A stretch of 63,448 nucleotides of DNA from a virus: IMG/VR virus record IMGVR_UViG_3300023296_000800; one strand, given 5' to 3'. Below the pieces are notes generated by a model. The model did not search any database, was not told the DNA's origin, and was given only the letters and a program-made list of their open reading frames with translations. Shown one piece after another: positions 33,595-44,018 of this stretch. Position 1 is the first letter of the stretch, and each line of letters starts with the position of its first letter. Both the position numbers and the translations under genes were made by a program.

Positions 33595-35526
33595 TTACTC
33601 AGGAATGTCAGTGAGGTATAGCTCTATTTGTTGACGTTCGGATTCGGAAAGTAAATCGACATCATACTCCCCAGATTGAATTTGGTCAACTAAATGCCTA
33701 ATGTAAGCATCATCAAACAAGTAACTATCAGACTGATTTTTGTTGATTTCGATCCAGTGCTTGCCCTCAAATTTATATACTCGGTTCGGCATCTGATCAA
33801 CTCTGACAAAGATGTCTCCTTTAACCGCTATCCTTGGAAAGGCAGTTCCGAAACTCGTATGTGCCGCCCTGCTTCCTTCATCTTTTTGTAAAAATAATTC
33901 AGGGTGCGTTGATTTAAGTGCATTTTCATGTATTGATTTGCCTTCAAGGTCAATAATGTAATCACTGTTTTCTATCTTCTGATATGTTACTCCAGACTCC
34001 ATAATGCTAAGTGGCTCGGTGATAGTTAGTTCTTCTTCAACTGGTTCTTCAACTGCCTCATCCTGTGTAACCAAGAATTCTCTATTACCCATTCGTTGTT
34101 GTCTGTGCCATTCAGACAATGCAAATCTTGCGTCGGCTATCGAAGGTTCTAATTTCTCAAAATTTAATTCGTGTGGCTCATCATCGTCAAACGGTTGAGG
34201 GTCAAACCCAGACGGTGGCATGTCCACCGGCGGCTCTGGGTACTGCTCTTCGTCAGGCTTTTTCAAGTCTGGCTCTTCGCTTGGAATTGTTTTGCGTTTA
34301 CGATGTTCGAATGTGTATTGACTGGCAATCAACAACAATACTGCCAGTGGATCGAACACAAAGATGATGATCATAATCAACCATGATACGGCTGTCTCTA
34401 ATAGAGTGGCATCTGCATTTTCTGTGCCAGTAAAAAATTCAGCAATATACCTAATTGGACCAACTTCGCTTTCAACCAACCTAACTGCTTGTTCAGATTC
34501 AAATTTTTCATCTTTAAGTGTATCTATGGTAGTATATATACCATCTATTTGCACGTTCCATTTGTCAACTTGAGCAAGGTCATCGTCTTGGGATGAATTG
34601 CTTTGTTCTCTTAAACGATTGATTTCTGTAGTAGCATTATCAACAGTGGTTTGTGTTTGGCCGCGATAGTTGTTGATGTTTCCTTGTGCCTCACGAATAG
34701 AACTGCTCGCGCCTAGACGCAAGACTGCTTCTCTGTCTCTTGCAACTTTATCTATTCGTTTTATCTCTGTTGAAATAGCATCACGTTCGGTCTTCTGTGC
34801 TAATCTTATTTTGTTTGCTTCAGCAACATTGTCTATTGTTTCAACAGTAGCACTTCTAAATAGACCACCTGCCTCTAGTTGATTTGTGGTAGTTCCTTGA
34901 TTGGCTTTAGTAGCGACAATGTTATCTAATGGGACGAGTTTGTCTGTTTGTACTTTAACATCTGCGGTACGAGAAGTCTCTAACGCTTCCAAATCTGTTC
35001 TAAGACCTTCATTTATGGTCGTGATATTGTTTTGATTATAATCAATGTCTGCTTGTACAGCACCGCGAGCGCCAGTGATAATCTCTTGTTGTTGATCAAT
35101 AGACGATGATACATCAAAGCCTCCACCAGACGATACATCACCAATCCTTTCTTGGAGAATAGTGATTCTGTTTTCTTCTCTAGCTATTTGACCATCAATT
35201 CGTTGCACTGTCGCTACAGCTTCAGTAGCATTGCCAGATACAGTATCATGTGCCTTAGATAAAAAGCCGAAGATGCCAATGGAAGTGATAAGCATCAATA
35301 CTACAACAGCGATACTTAAATAGATTTTTAGCCACCACGCGGCGATTCTCCAGTATTTATGGAGCCAAACTGCGGTGACAAGTTTACTAACTTCTAGCAC
35401 ACCGCCCATTACAATAATTGGGATAACGGCCGCAGAGAAGATAGCGGCTAAACCCGAGACCGAATAATAAATAGCTACAGCACTAATAGTAAGAGCCGTA
35501 AATAAAGTTAAGTATGCTAAAAACAT
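33595..35526 (-). CDS. Membrane protein with long coiled-coil region
   Basis: N-terminal TMs (YSVSGLAAIF, LEVSKL, GIFGFLSKAH), EVGPIRYIAE, FVFDPLAVLL; late promoter. Confidence 0.8.
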   Translation of the reverse strand: MFLAYLTLFTALTISAVAIYYSVSGLAAIFSAAVIPIIVMGGVLEVSKLVTAVWLHKYWRIAAWWLKIYLSIAVVVLMLITSIGIFGFLSKAHDTVSGNATEAVATVQRIDGQIAREENRITILQERIGDVSSGGGFDVSSSIDQQQEIITGARGAVQADIDYNQNNITTINEGLRTDLEALETSRTADVKVQTDKLVPLDNIVATKANQGTTTNQLEAGGLFRSATVETIDNVAEANKIRLAQKTERDAISTEIKRIDKVARDREAVLRLGASSSIREAQGNINNYRGQTQTTVDNATTEINRLREQSNSSQDDDLAQVDKWNVQIDGIYTTIDTLKDEKFESEQAVRLVESEVGPIRYIAEFFTGTENADATLLETAVSWLIMIIIFVFDPLAVLLLIASQYTFEHRKRKTIPSEEPDLKKPDEEQYPEPPVDMPPSGFDPQPFDDDEPHELNFEKLEPSIADARFALSEWHRQQRMGNREFLVTQDEAVEEPVEEELTITEPLSIMESGVTYQKIENSDYIIDLEGKSIHENALKSTHPELFLQKDEGSRAAHTSFGTAFPRIAVKGDIFVRVDQMPNRVYKFEGKHWIEINKNQSDSYLFDDAYIRHLVDQIQSGEYDVDLLSESERQQIELYLTDIPE

Positions 35527-35591
35527 TGCGTGATGAATTTCCTCTTCAGTGTTATATAGTATTTATCAGATTTCATGTGCCCAAAGAAGTA

Positions 35592-35882
35592 TTAGTCATG
35601 CTTTCCAGTCATTGCCACAAATAAATGACCATATGTACCAAGAAAGTTATTATAAGACATAGTTTGTCTTCTTGGTATACCTGGACCCTGGTAAATATTA
35701 TAAGTTATGAAGGGAGTGATACCCTCTCTGCCTTCACCTTCAAGCAATCTATCTCTTAATTTGACATCCGTAATTTCGATAGAATCACCATCTGGAAAGG
35801 TGTGTTTTACACCTACTAAATTTTCTGGTACAAGCCTCTTCATCTCTTCTGGCCAATGATTGTATTCTTGATCGAGCGCCAT
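35592..35882 (-). CDS. Hypothetical protein
   Basis: Coupled to ligase stop. Confidence 0.7.
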   Translation of the reverse strand: MALDQEYNHWPEEMKRLVPENLVGVKHTFPDGDSIEITDVKLRDRLLEGEGREGITPFITYNIYQGPGIPRRQTMSYNNFLGTYGHLFVAMTGKHD

Positions 35883-37213
35883 TATTTATCATCCCTAAAT
35901 CTTACGAATCTAGGGAACCTTAAACTATATGTGCCATCTTGGTTTTGACTAATAGCATCACAGAGTACCTCAGCAGTCTGTCCAATTAATTCGTGTTTTG
36001 CTTCCCAGTATGAATCTCTGTCTTTGTCAGAAAAGCCAGAACCGACATTCACTTTAATAAATTTACCATCATCTGTGCCTTCACAAACAAGGGCGCCTAA
36101 TCTACTTGCATTTCTTCCCGTACCTTCTTCTAAGTCAACAACGGTTAAGTCTACAGTAATTGTAGGTTTCCACTTCATCCAAAATAGATTTCTCTTGCAC
36201 TCATATGGTGCTTCTAACTCTTTGATCATTATGCCTTCAAAGCCTGCTTCAACCATGTCGTTGGCATACGTCTTAAGTGCTGTCTTGCCGTCGTCAGTAT
36301 CTAAATCAACCATGATGTGTGGTAGCATATCAAGTGATGGGATGGTGTTGAACAAACTTCTTAAGTTTTCTAACACTTCGATGCGTTTACGCAACTGAGC
36401 ATTACAATGTCCTCTGCGAAAGTCAGCAAGTGACATGACATCAAATACATTGAACACTGTGTCAGTAGCATTAACATCAGTTTTTCTACGGGCTTGTTTC
36501 ATTAATTCGTTGAACGATGCTCCGACCACTTCACCGTCAAAGACGTAACAACTAGTGTCTCCAATAGAGTTACCTAATCTAGCAATGATCGCGTTGTGAT
36601 TTAGAAATACTTGTTCTTCAATATGCCCGAAGTTCTCAAATACTTTGCCGTTACGACTATAACATGTAGCTACTCCTTCATCGACTACCATTAGGACTCT
36701 AACGCCATCTAATTTAGGCTCAAGTCGTTTAGTACCCGACATTTCAGGTCGACCTTCTGAGTTAGTAGCAAGTTGACATTTAAAAATAGGGACTTCAAAC
36801 TCTGTGCCTTTGCACACTTTGTTGATAGTCGAAGATGAGAAGCCTGCTCTTAAATCTCTGCGAATGACAGGAGCACAAAAGTTGTCCCATTCGTCACTAG
36901 AAAATCTGTATGACATTTTTTCTACAGCATCGATTGCCGCATTACCTGTCAATGACCGACCAGACAACAAATGAAGCAATTCATTGAAAACTGCCCAAGG
37001 ATTCTCAGGATTCTCGTCTGATGACGATGTTGAACTTGGTACCTTTCTGACGCCATAAGTAATATATGGATTGTATGTTGCTTTAGCCAATTGCAAAAAG
37101 TTGATAGCATTGGTGCTACCCAATCTTGCGGCCTCAAGTGCTTGTCTCAATACATCTTGTTTATGTAGTTTTGAGTTGCTTTCTTGTAATTTTTTAATCC
37201 AACTTGCAGACAT
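35882..37213 (-). CDS. lig: ATP-dependent DNA ligase
   Basis: EPKLDGVR, FDGE, FDV, EGIMIK, WMKWKP, VGSGFSD, SLRFPRF. Confidence 0.96.
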   Translation of the reverse strand: MSASWIKKLQESNSKLHKQDVLRQALEAARLGSTNAINFLQLAKATYNPYITYGVRKVPSSTSSSDENPENPWAVFNELLHLLSGRSLTGNAAIDAVEKMSYRFSSDEWDNFCAPVIRRDLRAGFSSSTINKVCKGTEFEVPIFKCQLATNSEGRPEMSGTKRLEPKLDGVRVLMVVDEGVATCYSRNGKVFENFGHIEEQVFLNHNAIIARLGNSIGDTSCYVFDGEVVGASFNELMKQARRKTDVNATDTVFNVFDVMSLADFRRGHCNAQLRKRIEVLENLRSLFNTIPSLDMLPHIMVDLDTDDGKTALKTYANDMVEAGFEGIMIKELEAPYECKRNLFWMKWKPTITVDLTVVDLEEGTGRNASRLGALVCEGTDDGKFIKVNVGSGFSDKDRDSYWEAKHELIGQTAEVLCDAISQNQDGTYSLRFPRFVRFRDDK

Positions 37214-37234
37214 ACTTTCTCCTAAATATTAATC

Positions 37235-37263
37235 ATTATACTACCGATCAACCTCAATGTCAA
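37235..37263 (-). promoter_or_regulatory. Sigma70-type promoter TTGACA-N17-TATAAT
   Basis: Perfect consensus upstream of the ligase. Confidence 0.85.
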
Positions 37264-37416
37264 CCATTAATGTTTCTCGAAGCCCATTCGCTTATCTGCG
37301 TGAATGTTTCTTCGACAAAGGTTACAACTGCTTCGGCGCCACCATACATGTAGACACACACTAAATATCCTACTATAAATCCTATTGCTAAATTTTTCAT
37401 TCTCGTATCCCTTATT

Positions 37417-37824
37417 TTATTGTGTTAGTTGCTGGACCATATTCATCATAACAGCAGTACCACTAATTGCACTACCAATCATAATTGCTCTATCGCTCCA
37501 ACTCATTCCTACGTACACCCAACCGCAACTGCTTAACACATACGCAATTTGACCATATGTTATAAAACCTGCACTCATGACAAATATACCAATAACACCC
37601 ATTCCCATACTAAACCACTTAACATACCAATCTGGTGTACCGGTTGGAGTCATGGGTTTTACTTCATCATACTCATGTTGCAGTTCAGCGAGGTCTTGTT
37701 GAAGACGTTTCTTTTCGTTACGTAGATCAGCGGCCATCTTTCCTATTTTGCTAGGTACGTACGGATCTTTAAGGTCTTGGTCGCTCTTAATGTCTTGATC
37801 GCTCTTAATGTCTTGATCGCTCAT
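37417..37824 (-). CDS. Membrane protein with N-terminal SDQD(I/L)K x3 repeat
   Basis: 18-bp tandem repeat at about 37766-37822; DWYVKW followed by TMs. Confidence 0.75.
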   Translation of the reverse strand: MSDQDIKSDQDIKSDQDLKDPYVPSKIGKMAADLRNEKKRLQQDLAELQHEYDEVKPMTPTGTPDWYVKWFSMGMGVIGIFVMSAGFITYGQIAYVLSSCGWVYVGMSWSDRAIMIGSAISGTAVMMNMVQQLTQ

Positions 37825-38480
37825 ATAAGTTTTACTCTATTCAATTGCGTTACCATACCATTGCCATTTGATAGATGACGTTTAACTGTGCCCCTAATAT
37901 TAACTACAGTAGATACCTTAGGACAAAATGAAGCAGATGCAAAACTCACCATTTCTTTTTGGTCAGTCGTTCCTGTTGTAAAACGACATTCCCATTTTGT
38001 TGACCAAACAGACTTGAGTATGGTAACGACAAGATCAAGTCTGTCTTTAATAGCACCAATTGTTTTCAATGAAGCGGCCTCCTCCATCATAACATCTTCG
38101 GCCTTTCTCATTCTTGATCTTTTATAGACATGCGGTAAACTAGCAATAATAGCTAAATCATGGTGCTTAGATATGACATCTTTGTTAGCAATTTCCATGG
38201 CTGACCGGTCGAAAGTACTCAAGTATTGATTAGCCAACACTTTAAAAGTCAATGCTTGGAAATGTTGACGAATTTTGACTCCTTCCTCCCTGTCCTTGGC
38301 AGTAAGATTTGTATTGCCTTTTTCTAAAAGTTCAAGCATGATAGTCTTGTTGGTCTTTTTTTCGGGAAAAAAGATTTGCTGGCTAGCACTCATGTAATAT
38401 TTGTTAATGCGCTGAGCCTTACAAGAAATCATAAAAACGTCACTTGCGGGATAACTAAACGTCTTTTTAGACTTATGCAT
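37821..38480 (-). CDS. Hypothetical protein with C-terminal OB-fold-like motif
   Basis: IRGTVKRH...TQLNRVK. Confidence 0.7.
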   Translation of the reverse strand: MHKSKKTFSYPASDVFMISCKAQRINKYYMSASQQIFFPEKKTNKTIMLELLEKGNTNLTAKDREEGVKIRQHFQALTFKVLANQYLSTFDRSAMEIANKDVISKHHDLAIIASLPHVYKRSRMRKAEDVMMEEAASLKTIGAIKDRLDLVVTILKSVWSTKWECRFTTGTTDQKEMVSFASASFCPKVSTVVNIRGTVKRHLSNGNGMVTQLNRVKLI

Positions 38481-38482
38481 AA

Positions 38483-38893
38483 TTAACTGCTCCAGTAAGA
38501 TTCACTTAGTGGGCTTAAGTAGTAAGGCATGTTGATGCCTTCAGTAACTGTGATTATTTCGCCAGTGCCAGGGCACCTACCAGTTCGAGTGATCATTGGT
38601 TCATCATAATCAGCAACTGCTACTATCACATAAGAAGAAGCAAATTGCTTGTGAACTTTTTTGAAGTGTGCTTCAGTAGCATCACGATATGCATTATACA
38701 TCCTAGCCTTGTGTTCAGGTTTCCCTTCAGCAACTGCTTCAGCAACTTGATCAAATGCTGTTTGGTAGAATTTAACAGTTCGAGTGATACCTGCTTTAGC
38801 GGCACCGGCTGTTTTATACCGATCACTCTTATACGAAGCTCTACCAGGTTCATTGTGGATTGAGTTGTCTGTGATATCGATGATATGAAACAT
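38483..38893 (-). CDS. Hypothetical early protein
   Basis: YKTAGAAKAGITR and PYYLSPLSESYWS motifs. Confidence 0.75.
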   Translation of the reverse strand: MFHIIDITDNSIHNEPGRASYKSDRYKTAGAAKAGITRTVKFYQTAFDQVAEAVAEGKPEHKARMYNAYRDATEAHFKKVHKQFASSYVIVAVADYDEPMITRTGRCPGTGEIITVTEGINMPYYLSPLSESYWSS

Positions 38894-38927
38894 AATTTTT
38901 CCTTTGATTAACTTAATTTGTACAGCT

Positions 38928-38956
38928 ATTATACTGCTTTGGGTATCCGTTGTCAA
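38928..38956 (-). promoter_or_regulatory. Sigma70-type promoter TTGACA-N17-TATAAT
   Basis: Perfect consensus; spacer contains inverted TTTGGGTA. Confidence 0.85.
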
Positions 38957-38974
38957 TCTTTTTACCCATTATTT

Positions 38975-40669
38975 TCAGTTATTTAACTTAAATGTCGGAT
39001 TATATGCTTCATATTCGCCTGTATACCAGTATTTAATGATCTTTTCTGCTGGTTTCCCTCTAATTGACTGTGATATGTTAGGGAATCCTTCACGTGGTGT
39101 CTGGGTGTGATGCTGATTAGGCTCTGCATACAGTGTGTCAGATAACCAGTATCCAGTGGTTGTAGTTGTACCTAAGGTCTCAAACACCACTTGATTATGT
39201 ACTGCTCTCATTACTGCTTCTGTAAGGATTGCTTGAGCCGAGAAATCAGTTTGTATCTCATATTGTGTACATTCATAATAGACACCATCGAGTGTTCCTT
39301 CTGTACAGAATCCATCTTCCCACCAGCCCTTTGACAAGTATCTTGTATTACTTTGACTAAAAAAGTTGAAGATGACTTTGGGGATAGTCGTACTTGAATT
39401 ATGCCAGCAAGGGTAATTATCTAAGCAATTCCATTCTTCATATGTTCTTTGTATCGACTGCGCCGCTTTTTCTTGCAGTAACTCAACTGTTGCGGTTGCA
39501 ACTTCTTCATCAGACAGCCTCATATCGGGTGATATTCCAACACCATCTACTTTATCAAAAACACGTTTATCATTCCAGATCACCCCTTCAGCAAGATAGA
39601 CTTTCCCTGAGAATTTTTCTCTGATTTTGTCAATAAGAATTCCCATCCTTTCCATGTAATAGTCTTTGAGTGCATCGGTTTCTACTTGACTGTGTCCTTG
39701 ATCATCTACCCCACATGAAAAACACATCCACATCGCACTCCAATCTGCTGACACAGACTCAACACCGAGAGTCTCCAATCGATCTGCTTCCCATATCATA
39801 TGTTTTTCATGTGCATCCATAATTTTTATTAACAGTGGCATGTCAAGCCTAACGTTTCCGTTAAACGGAAACAGTAATTCATCAGTATTTGCGATACGCA
39901 TGTTAAATTGCCATGCATAATGCACATCTAATCCTAGATCATGTGCTATTGCAGTAATCATATCAATATCAGCATCAGACAAATCTTTGGTATTATGATT
40001 TACTTCCCATGCCCCATCATTAGTCACGTCCCAATAACCATAGTTATAAATCGATGCAGTATTCACGCCATGATCTTTAAGTCTACGTAAGGTCATCCTA
40101 TACATGAGTTTTTTGTATTCGATTTCAGTACAATCAGCTATCCAACTAGTACCAGCTCTTTGGTGGGCGCCGTAAACTTGTCTTACTGAATAATCCTTAA
40201 ATCCTATGCCTTTATAAAGGTGATCATCACCAAATGAGTTTTGTGCTATCGGCACTTCATATTCCCCCAGGTATGACTGTGGGATATCTGCATTATGTGG
40301 ATTAACACACGAGCCTTCAGAGTCTTCTGTATTGACTGTAATTTCGACACTTGAAGAGGCATCTCCGCATGTAATTGTAAAGACTTGATCACCATAGCTA
40401 GTAATAATAACCGTTTCGCTTCCAGATGTGGATTTAGTACCAGACCAATACCCTGATGCCGAGCAAGAAGATGCGTTAGCACTGCTCCATGAGACTATAG
40501 TGGACTCGCCCAGAAATACAGTAGTTGGATTTGCTGATATAGATGCAGTTGCTGAATTACTCAGAAGAGAAGTACTGGATGTTGTTGGTGCGGGTGTTGC
40601 ATCTGAGCCTCCACCTCCACCACATGCTGAAAGGAGTAAAATACTCGAAATTAGTATTAGATTTTTCAT
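38975..40669 (-). CDS. Large lipoprotein with Ig-like domain and possible glycoside-hydrolase-like TIM barrel
   Basis: Lipobox LSAC-GGGGG; beta-rich domain at about aa 40-115; LKDHGVN, AHDLGLDV, IREKFSGKV and GKPAE motifs recall GH113/GTA TIM barrels. Confidence 0.65.
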   Translation of the reverse strand: MKNLILISSILLLSACGGGGGSDATPAPTTSSTSLLSNSATASISANPTTVFLGESTIVSWSSANASSCSASGYWSGTKSTSGSETVIITSYGDQVFTITCGDASSSVEITVNTEDSEGSCVNPHNADIPQSYLGEYEVPIAQNSFGDDHLYKGIGFKDYSVRQVYGAHQRAGTSWIADCTEIEYKKLMYRMTLRRLKDHGVNTASIYNYGYWDVTNDGAWEVNHNTKDLSDADIDMITAIAHDLGLDVHYAWQFNMRIANTDELLFPFNGNVRLDMPLLIKIMDAHEKHMIWEADRLETLGVESVSADWSAMWMCFSCGVDDQGHSQVETDALKDYYMERMGILIDKIREKFSGKVYLAEGVIWNDKRVFDKVDGVGISPDMRLSDEEVATATVELLQEKAAQSIQRTYEEWNCLDNYPCWHNSSTTIPKVIFNFFSQSNTRYLSKGWWEDGFCTEGTLDGVYYECTQYEIQTDFSAQAILTEAVMRAVHNQVVFETLGTTTTTGYWLSDTLYAEPNQHHTQTPREGFPNISQSIRGKPAEKIIKYWYTGEYEAYNPTFKLNN

Positions 40670-40700
40670 ATATACCCATTATTAATGATAATAGGTGTGC

Positions 40701-40729
40701 ATTGTACTGTGGAATGGATTCAAAGTCAA
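40701..40729 (-). promoter_or_regulatory. Sigma70-type promoter TTGACT-N17-TACAAT
   Basis: Near-consensus boxes. Confidence 0.75.
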
Positions 40730-41059
40730 TAAAAAAATGCCAAAAATTTACATTTCGGGCATTTTACGTGTTTTCTAACGATTTGTTAGTTTAGATTTGT
40801 GATATGGAAAAAGCCATAACGTAGAATGATGCTGAAAACAGAATCACCATTCCCAAAGACTCACTATCTAAATCTAACTTCTGCTTTATGCTAAGAAGTT
40901 TTTTCAAGTTATTCTCCGTGTGTAATATAACGTGTGTTATTAGTATACTATGTGCTTTATGCATATTGGTTATGACAAATACGCATACTATGCTAATATC
41001 GTAGGACCCTCCTACGCCTCTATTTATACCTACGGAAAGATTATGTTATTTTTTATTTT

Positions 41060-41245
41060 CTACTCTTTCTTTTCTTTCAAAGCCTCTCGTCGAGCATATT
41101 CGTCTGCTTCCTTACTCAGTATTTCTCCTTGCGTTTCTCCAAAATCAATCTCTACCAGATCAAGCCAGCTCAAATCCATATTCCAATCATCTGTATTAAA
41201 AGACTGCACTTGAGCCATAAGATATTTTTCTCTGTTAGTAATCAT
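41060..41245 (-). CDS. Hypothetical protein (MITxRExYLM family)
   Basis: MITNREKYLM; ATGA coupling. Confidence 0.65.
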   Translation of the reverse strand: MITNREKYLMAQVQSFNTDDWNMDLSWLDLVEIDFGETQGEILSKEADEYARREALKEKKE

Positions 41246-41418
41246 AACTCCACCCATTCCTCTTTGTGACCACAAGGGAAGCATAAAGCACTCGCGTTAG
41301 GGCGATTATCCTTGTTCGAGACCACGAGGTGTGCGAACGTTGAAGCCTGCGCAGAAAACCCCAAGGACATCGCTAAATGCATCACCATTTCTTTGCCACA
41401 ATTAGGGCAGTCCATCAT
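41242..41418 (-). CDS. Zinc-ribbon protein, tandem paralog B
   Basis: CPNCGKEMVMHLAMSL...CFPCG. Confidence 0.65.
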   Translation of the reverse strand: MMDCPNCGKEMVMHLAMSLGFSAQASTFAHLVVSNKDNRPNASALCFPCGHKEEWVEL

Positions 41419-41600
41419 ACCCCTTCCATGATTCCGCAAGGGTAGCAAGACGCAGTTGCGTTGTCCCAGTCAATCCCGCAAATTTGAACCTCTTTACTGC
41501 GAAGCACTTTCTTGGTCACACCGTGAGCATATTTTGCAGGAAGCCGCAAGGACATCGCTAAATGCATCACCATTTCTTTGCCACAATTAGGACATTTCAT
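41415..41600 (-). CDS. Zinc-ribbon protein, tandem paralog A
   Basis: CPNCGKEMVMHLAMSL...CYPCG; 45-bp exact repeat with paralog B. Confidence 0.7.
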   Translation of the reverse strand: MKCPNCGKEMVMHLAMSLRLPAKYAHGVTKKVLRSKEVQICGIDWDNATASCYPCGIMEGV

Positions 41601-41794
41601 CCCTTCACCTCTTCACGTTCAACTAGCATCATCGCCAGTTTAGGCATTTTTAATTTCATCAGCCAATATGGAGCGTACCCAACCTCAATCAATTTATGCT
41701 TTGGCATTGCCAGCTTGAGAAGGTCTGCGGCTTTGCGGTTGGGTGTACTAGCAGTTATTCGTACATCTGCATCATCGTATATAAAATAAATCAC
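41597..41794 (-). CDS. Hypothetical protein
   Basis: Coupled ORF. Confidence 0.6.
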   Translation of the reverse strand: MIYFIYDDADVRITASTPNRKAADLLKLAMPKHKLIEVGYAPYWLMKLKMPKLAMMLVEREEVKG

Positions 41795-42288
41795 ACTTTC
41801 ACTCCCTCTGGTTTATTTACAGGCATGTTAATCATATGAGTCCAAGCCACCACATTTTCATTTTCGTAACACATAGTACCATCTTCGTAATACCACGTTA
41901 TCTCAGTGCCGTCATGACCATCTACTTCTGCATAACACGAATCCTCCGTCATATACATTACTACGGGGTAATCACTGCCCACATTTCCCACCACAAAAAC
42001 ATCCTCGCGCTCTTTTGGTCTCTTCTCCGTCGGACAGTACCATTCATGTGTGTATGTCATCACATCTTTTGGGCGTTTAAGTTTAGGCACCCAATGCGAC
42101 ACGCTATCAAAATCCATCTGCAAGGCATCGTCCAGAACGACCCACAAATAGTGTATCCAAGCCTCTCCCAGAGACTTTTCCTCAACGCAAAACCTTGCAC
42201 TTGCTTGCCCATTAATAGCGGGAATGTAAATGAGAACCTCATCCCCCACTTCAGGCGTCTTATCTTCAAGACTAATCCAGTCATTCAT
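41791..42288 (-). CDS. Double DUF551-like protein
   Basis: WISLEDKTP...VSHW plus second W..EKRP...VVAW unit. Confidence 0.7.
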   Translation of the reverse strand: MNDWISLEDKTPEVGDEVLIYIPAINGQASARFCVEEKSLGEAWIHYLWVVLDDALQMDFDSVSHWVPKLKRPKDVMTYTHEWYCPTEKRPKEREDVFVVGNVGSDYPVVMYMTEDSCYAEVDGHDGTEITWYYEDGTMCYENENVVAWTHMINMPVNKPEGVKV

Positions 42289-42500
42289 TTGTAGACCACG
42301 CTAAACTTTACTTTTGTGATGCCCGCAGTGCAGACCGTTTCGCTAAGGGCGCCGTATTGATTCATCCTTTCTATGCCAGTATCTTGATCAAAGTTATAAT
42401 CAATCAGCCTTTCAGATGCTTTTATATTCTCAACCATATTCAGCAAAACAGTAATTAATTGTTTTTTGTCGCTTTCGTTGCTCTGTAATGAAAATTTCAT
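42285..42500 (-). CDS. Hypothetical protein
   Basis: ATGA-coupled start MKFSLQ. Confidence 0.6.
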   Translation of the reverse strand: MKFSLQSNESDKKQLITVLLNMVENIKASERLIDYNFDQDTGIERMNQYGALSETVCTAGITKVKFSVVYK

Positions 42501-42709
42501 GATACATCTCTGTTTAGTTGTGGCTCTACGATATAATGCCAATCCAGTCCCGGCGTTGGGAATGTCGATCCACCACATTCACCATTATACCACTTCCAGC
42601 CGTCTTTCACCTTTTCCCAATGGCCGCCACCAAGATCGTAAACCTTTGTGCCTTCTGGATGGTGTGCCCATCCTTTGCTTCTCTTAAACTGCTTTTTAAT
42701 ATTCATCAC
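42497..42709 (-). CDS. Hypothetical protein
   Basis: GTK...GGHWEK...GWKW...STFPTPG. Confidence 0.7.
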   Translation of the reverse strand: MMNIKKQFKRSKGWAHHPEGTKVYDLGGGHWEKVKDGWKWYNGECGGSTFPTPGLDWHYIVEPQLNRDVS

Positions 42710-42872
42710 TTCACCCCAACTGGTTTTAATTTATTCAATCTGTGTCCTTCGCTTTTCGCGTGTTCTTTAGACTCAAATGCGCCAGATACATATTCTATCG
42801 TTAAAGCGCCAACCTCACTCTGCCAGAAAATACACCAGCCACAATATTCCAATCTGAAATCGCAGATATACA

Positions 42873-43223
42873 TCACTTCACCCCCACTGGTTTTAACTTA
42901 ATGTCATTCAAGATGTCGCAGACTTGTTGGCACTTGGCTTCTGTGGATTGGTATATAATCCCTGTAGGAGTCTCATGTCCGCCCTCGGTAATCTCCCACT
43001 CTCCCCCAATGCGGCAGTAAGAAGGCCACCACACTTGACGGAATCGACTCCAATCAGGCACATAATCACTCTCGACGTTCAAACACGCTTGGTTGATTAG
43101 CCCTTGTACTTTTGAATACTCTGCGGCTTTATTTGCTTTCAACAACCGTTCTGTCGCTCTCTCATGGATACTCTCGGCTATTAACAGTTTGTCCCTCAAC
43201 TCTTGTTCTGTGTGTTCATCCAT
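42873..43223 (-). CDS. Hypothetical protein (paralog of 9386)
   Basis: Shared central and C-terminal blocks. Confidence 0.75.
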   Translation of the reverse strand: MDEHTEQELRDKLLIAESIHERATERLLKANKAAEYSKVQGLINQACLNVESDYVPDWSRFRQVWWPSYCRIGGEWEITEGGHETPTGIIYQSTEAKCQQVCDILNDIKLKPVGVK

Positions 43224-43247
43224 CGCTCTGCTCCTGTCGCTAAAGAA

Positions 43248-43508
43248 TTATTGTGGTATACTCCATACCAGGATTATACCTGTTACTGGTGTGATTATGA
43301 ACCAACCAAAGTTTATAAGATCAACTATAACCCAAAGCATCGATGGCGGAACTTCTACCATACACCCTTCTTCGTCTTGAATCTGCTCTGGTTCGAATCG
43401 GTAAAGTCCTGCGACTATCGCATAGAATACTGCTATGATAGTATACGATGCCCATATTTGACATACTGTTTGTACAAATAATTCATTTATCAATTGATGT
43501 TCCTCCAA
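43248..43508 (-). CDS. Small membrane protein
   Basis: Two TMs; start uncertain. Confidence 0.5.
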   Translation of the reverse strand: MEEHQLINELFVQTVCQIWASYTIIAVFYAIVAGLYRFEPEQIQDEEGCMVEVPPSMLWVIVDLINFGWFIITPVTGIILVWSIPQ

Positions 43509-43634
43509 TGAGTAAATAGTCTACTAATGAGAAGAAGCCTACAATAATACCACAGTATAATATAAACAACAGTATGTTGAATGTCCATGCTCCTATGAAC
43601 CGTCGTCGTTCTCGTTTAAAGTATTCGTGGCGAT

Positions 43635-44018
43635 TCATATTGAGTCCTCTTTTTTTCTTGGCTCTGTTCTTTGGTCATATTTAAACGCCCCTGTGGCGCT
43701 CTCCATCGATGGATACTTGTTACATTTATAACACTTATGTAACTGAAATGGCAATTCTTTCCGAGGAATGAGAATGTATCCTCTATCATGGCACTGCATA
43801 CATTCTTCATGCTCAGGGTCTGGGCCCTCCATCGTCAACTGCACATCTTGTACGATTGTTTTTACAATAGCTAAATTGTGGGCATGCTCTTCAGCTTGTT
43901 CTAATAGATCGTTTTCTGCCGTGATCAACAGTGCTTGCACACATTCCAATTTCTTTATTGCCCTTTCCAGTTGTCCATCATCCATCATGTAATCTCCATC
44001 CAGTATATCCAGCTTCAT
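43635..44018 (-). CDS. Coiled-coil plus zinc-finger protein
   Basis: CMQCHDRG...CYKC. Confidence 0.65.
   Translation of the reverse strand: MKLDILDGDYMMDDGQLERAIKKLECVQALLITAENDLLEQAEEHAHNLAIVKTIVQDVQLTMEGPDPEHEECMQCHDRGYILIPRKELPFQLHKCYKCNKYPSMESATGAFKYDQRTEPRKKEDSI

Noticed and set aside
37766-37822. 18-bp tandem repeat as a phase-variation switch
   Set aside because: In frame (SDQDIK x3), so copy number changes only protein length.
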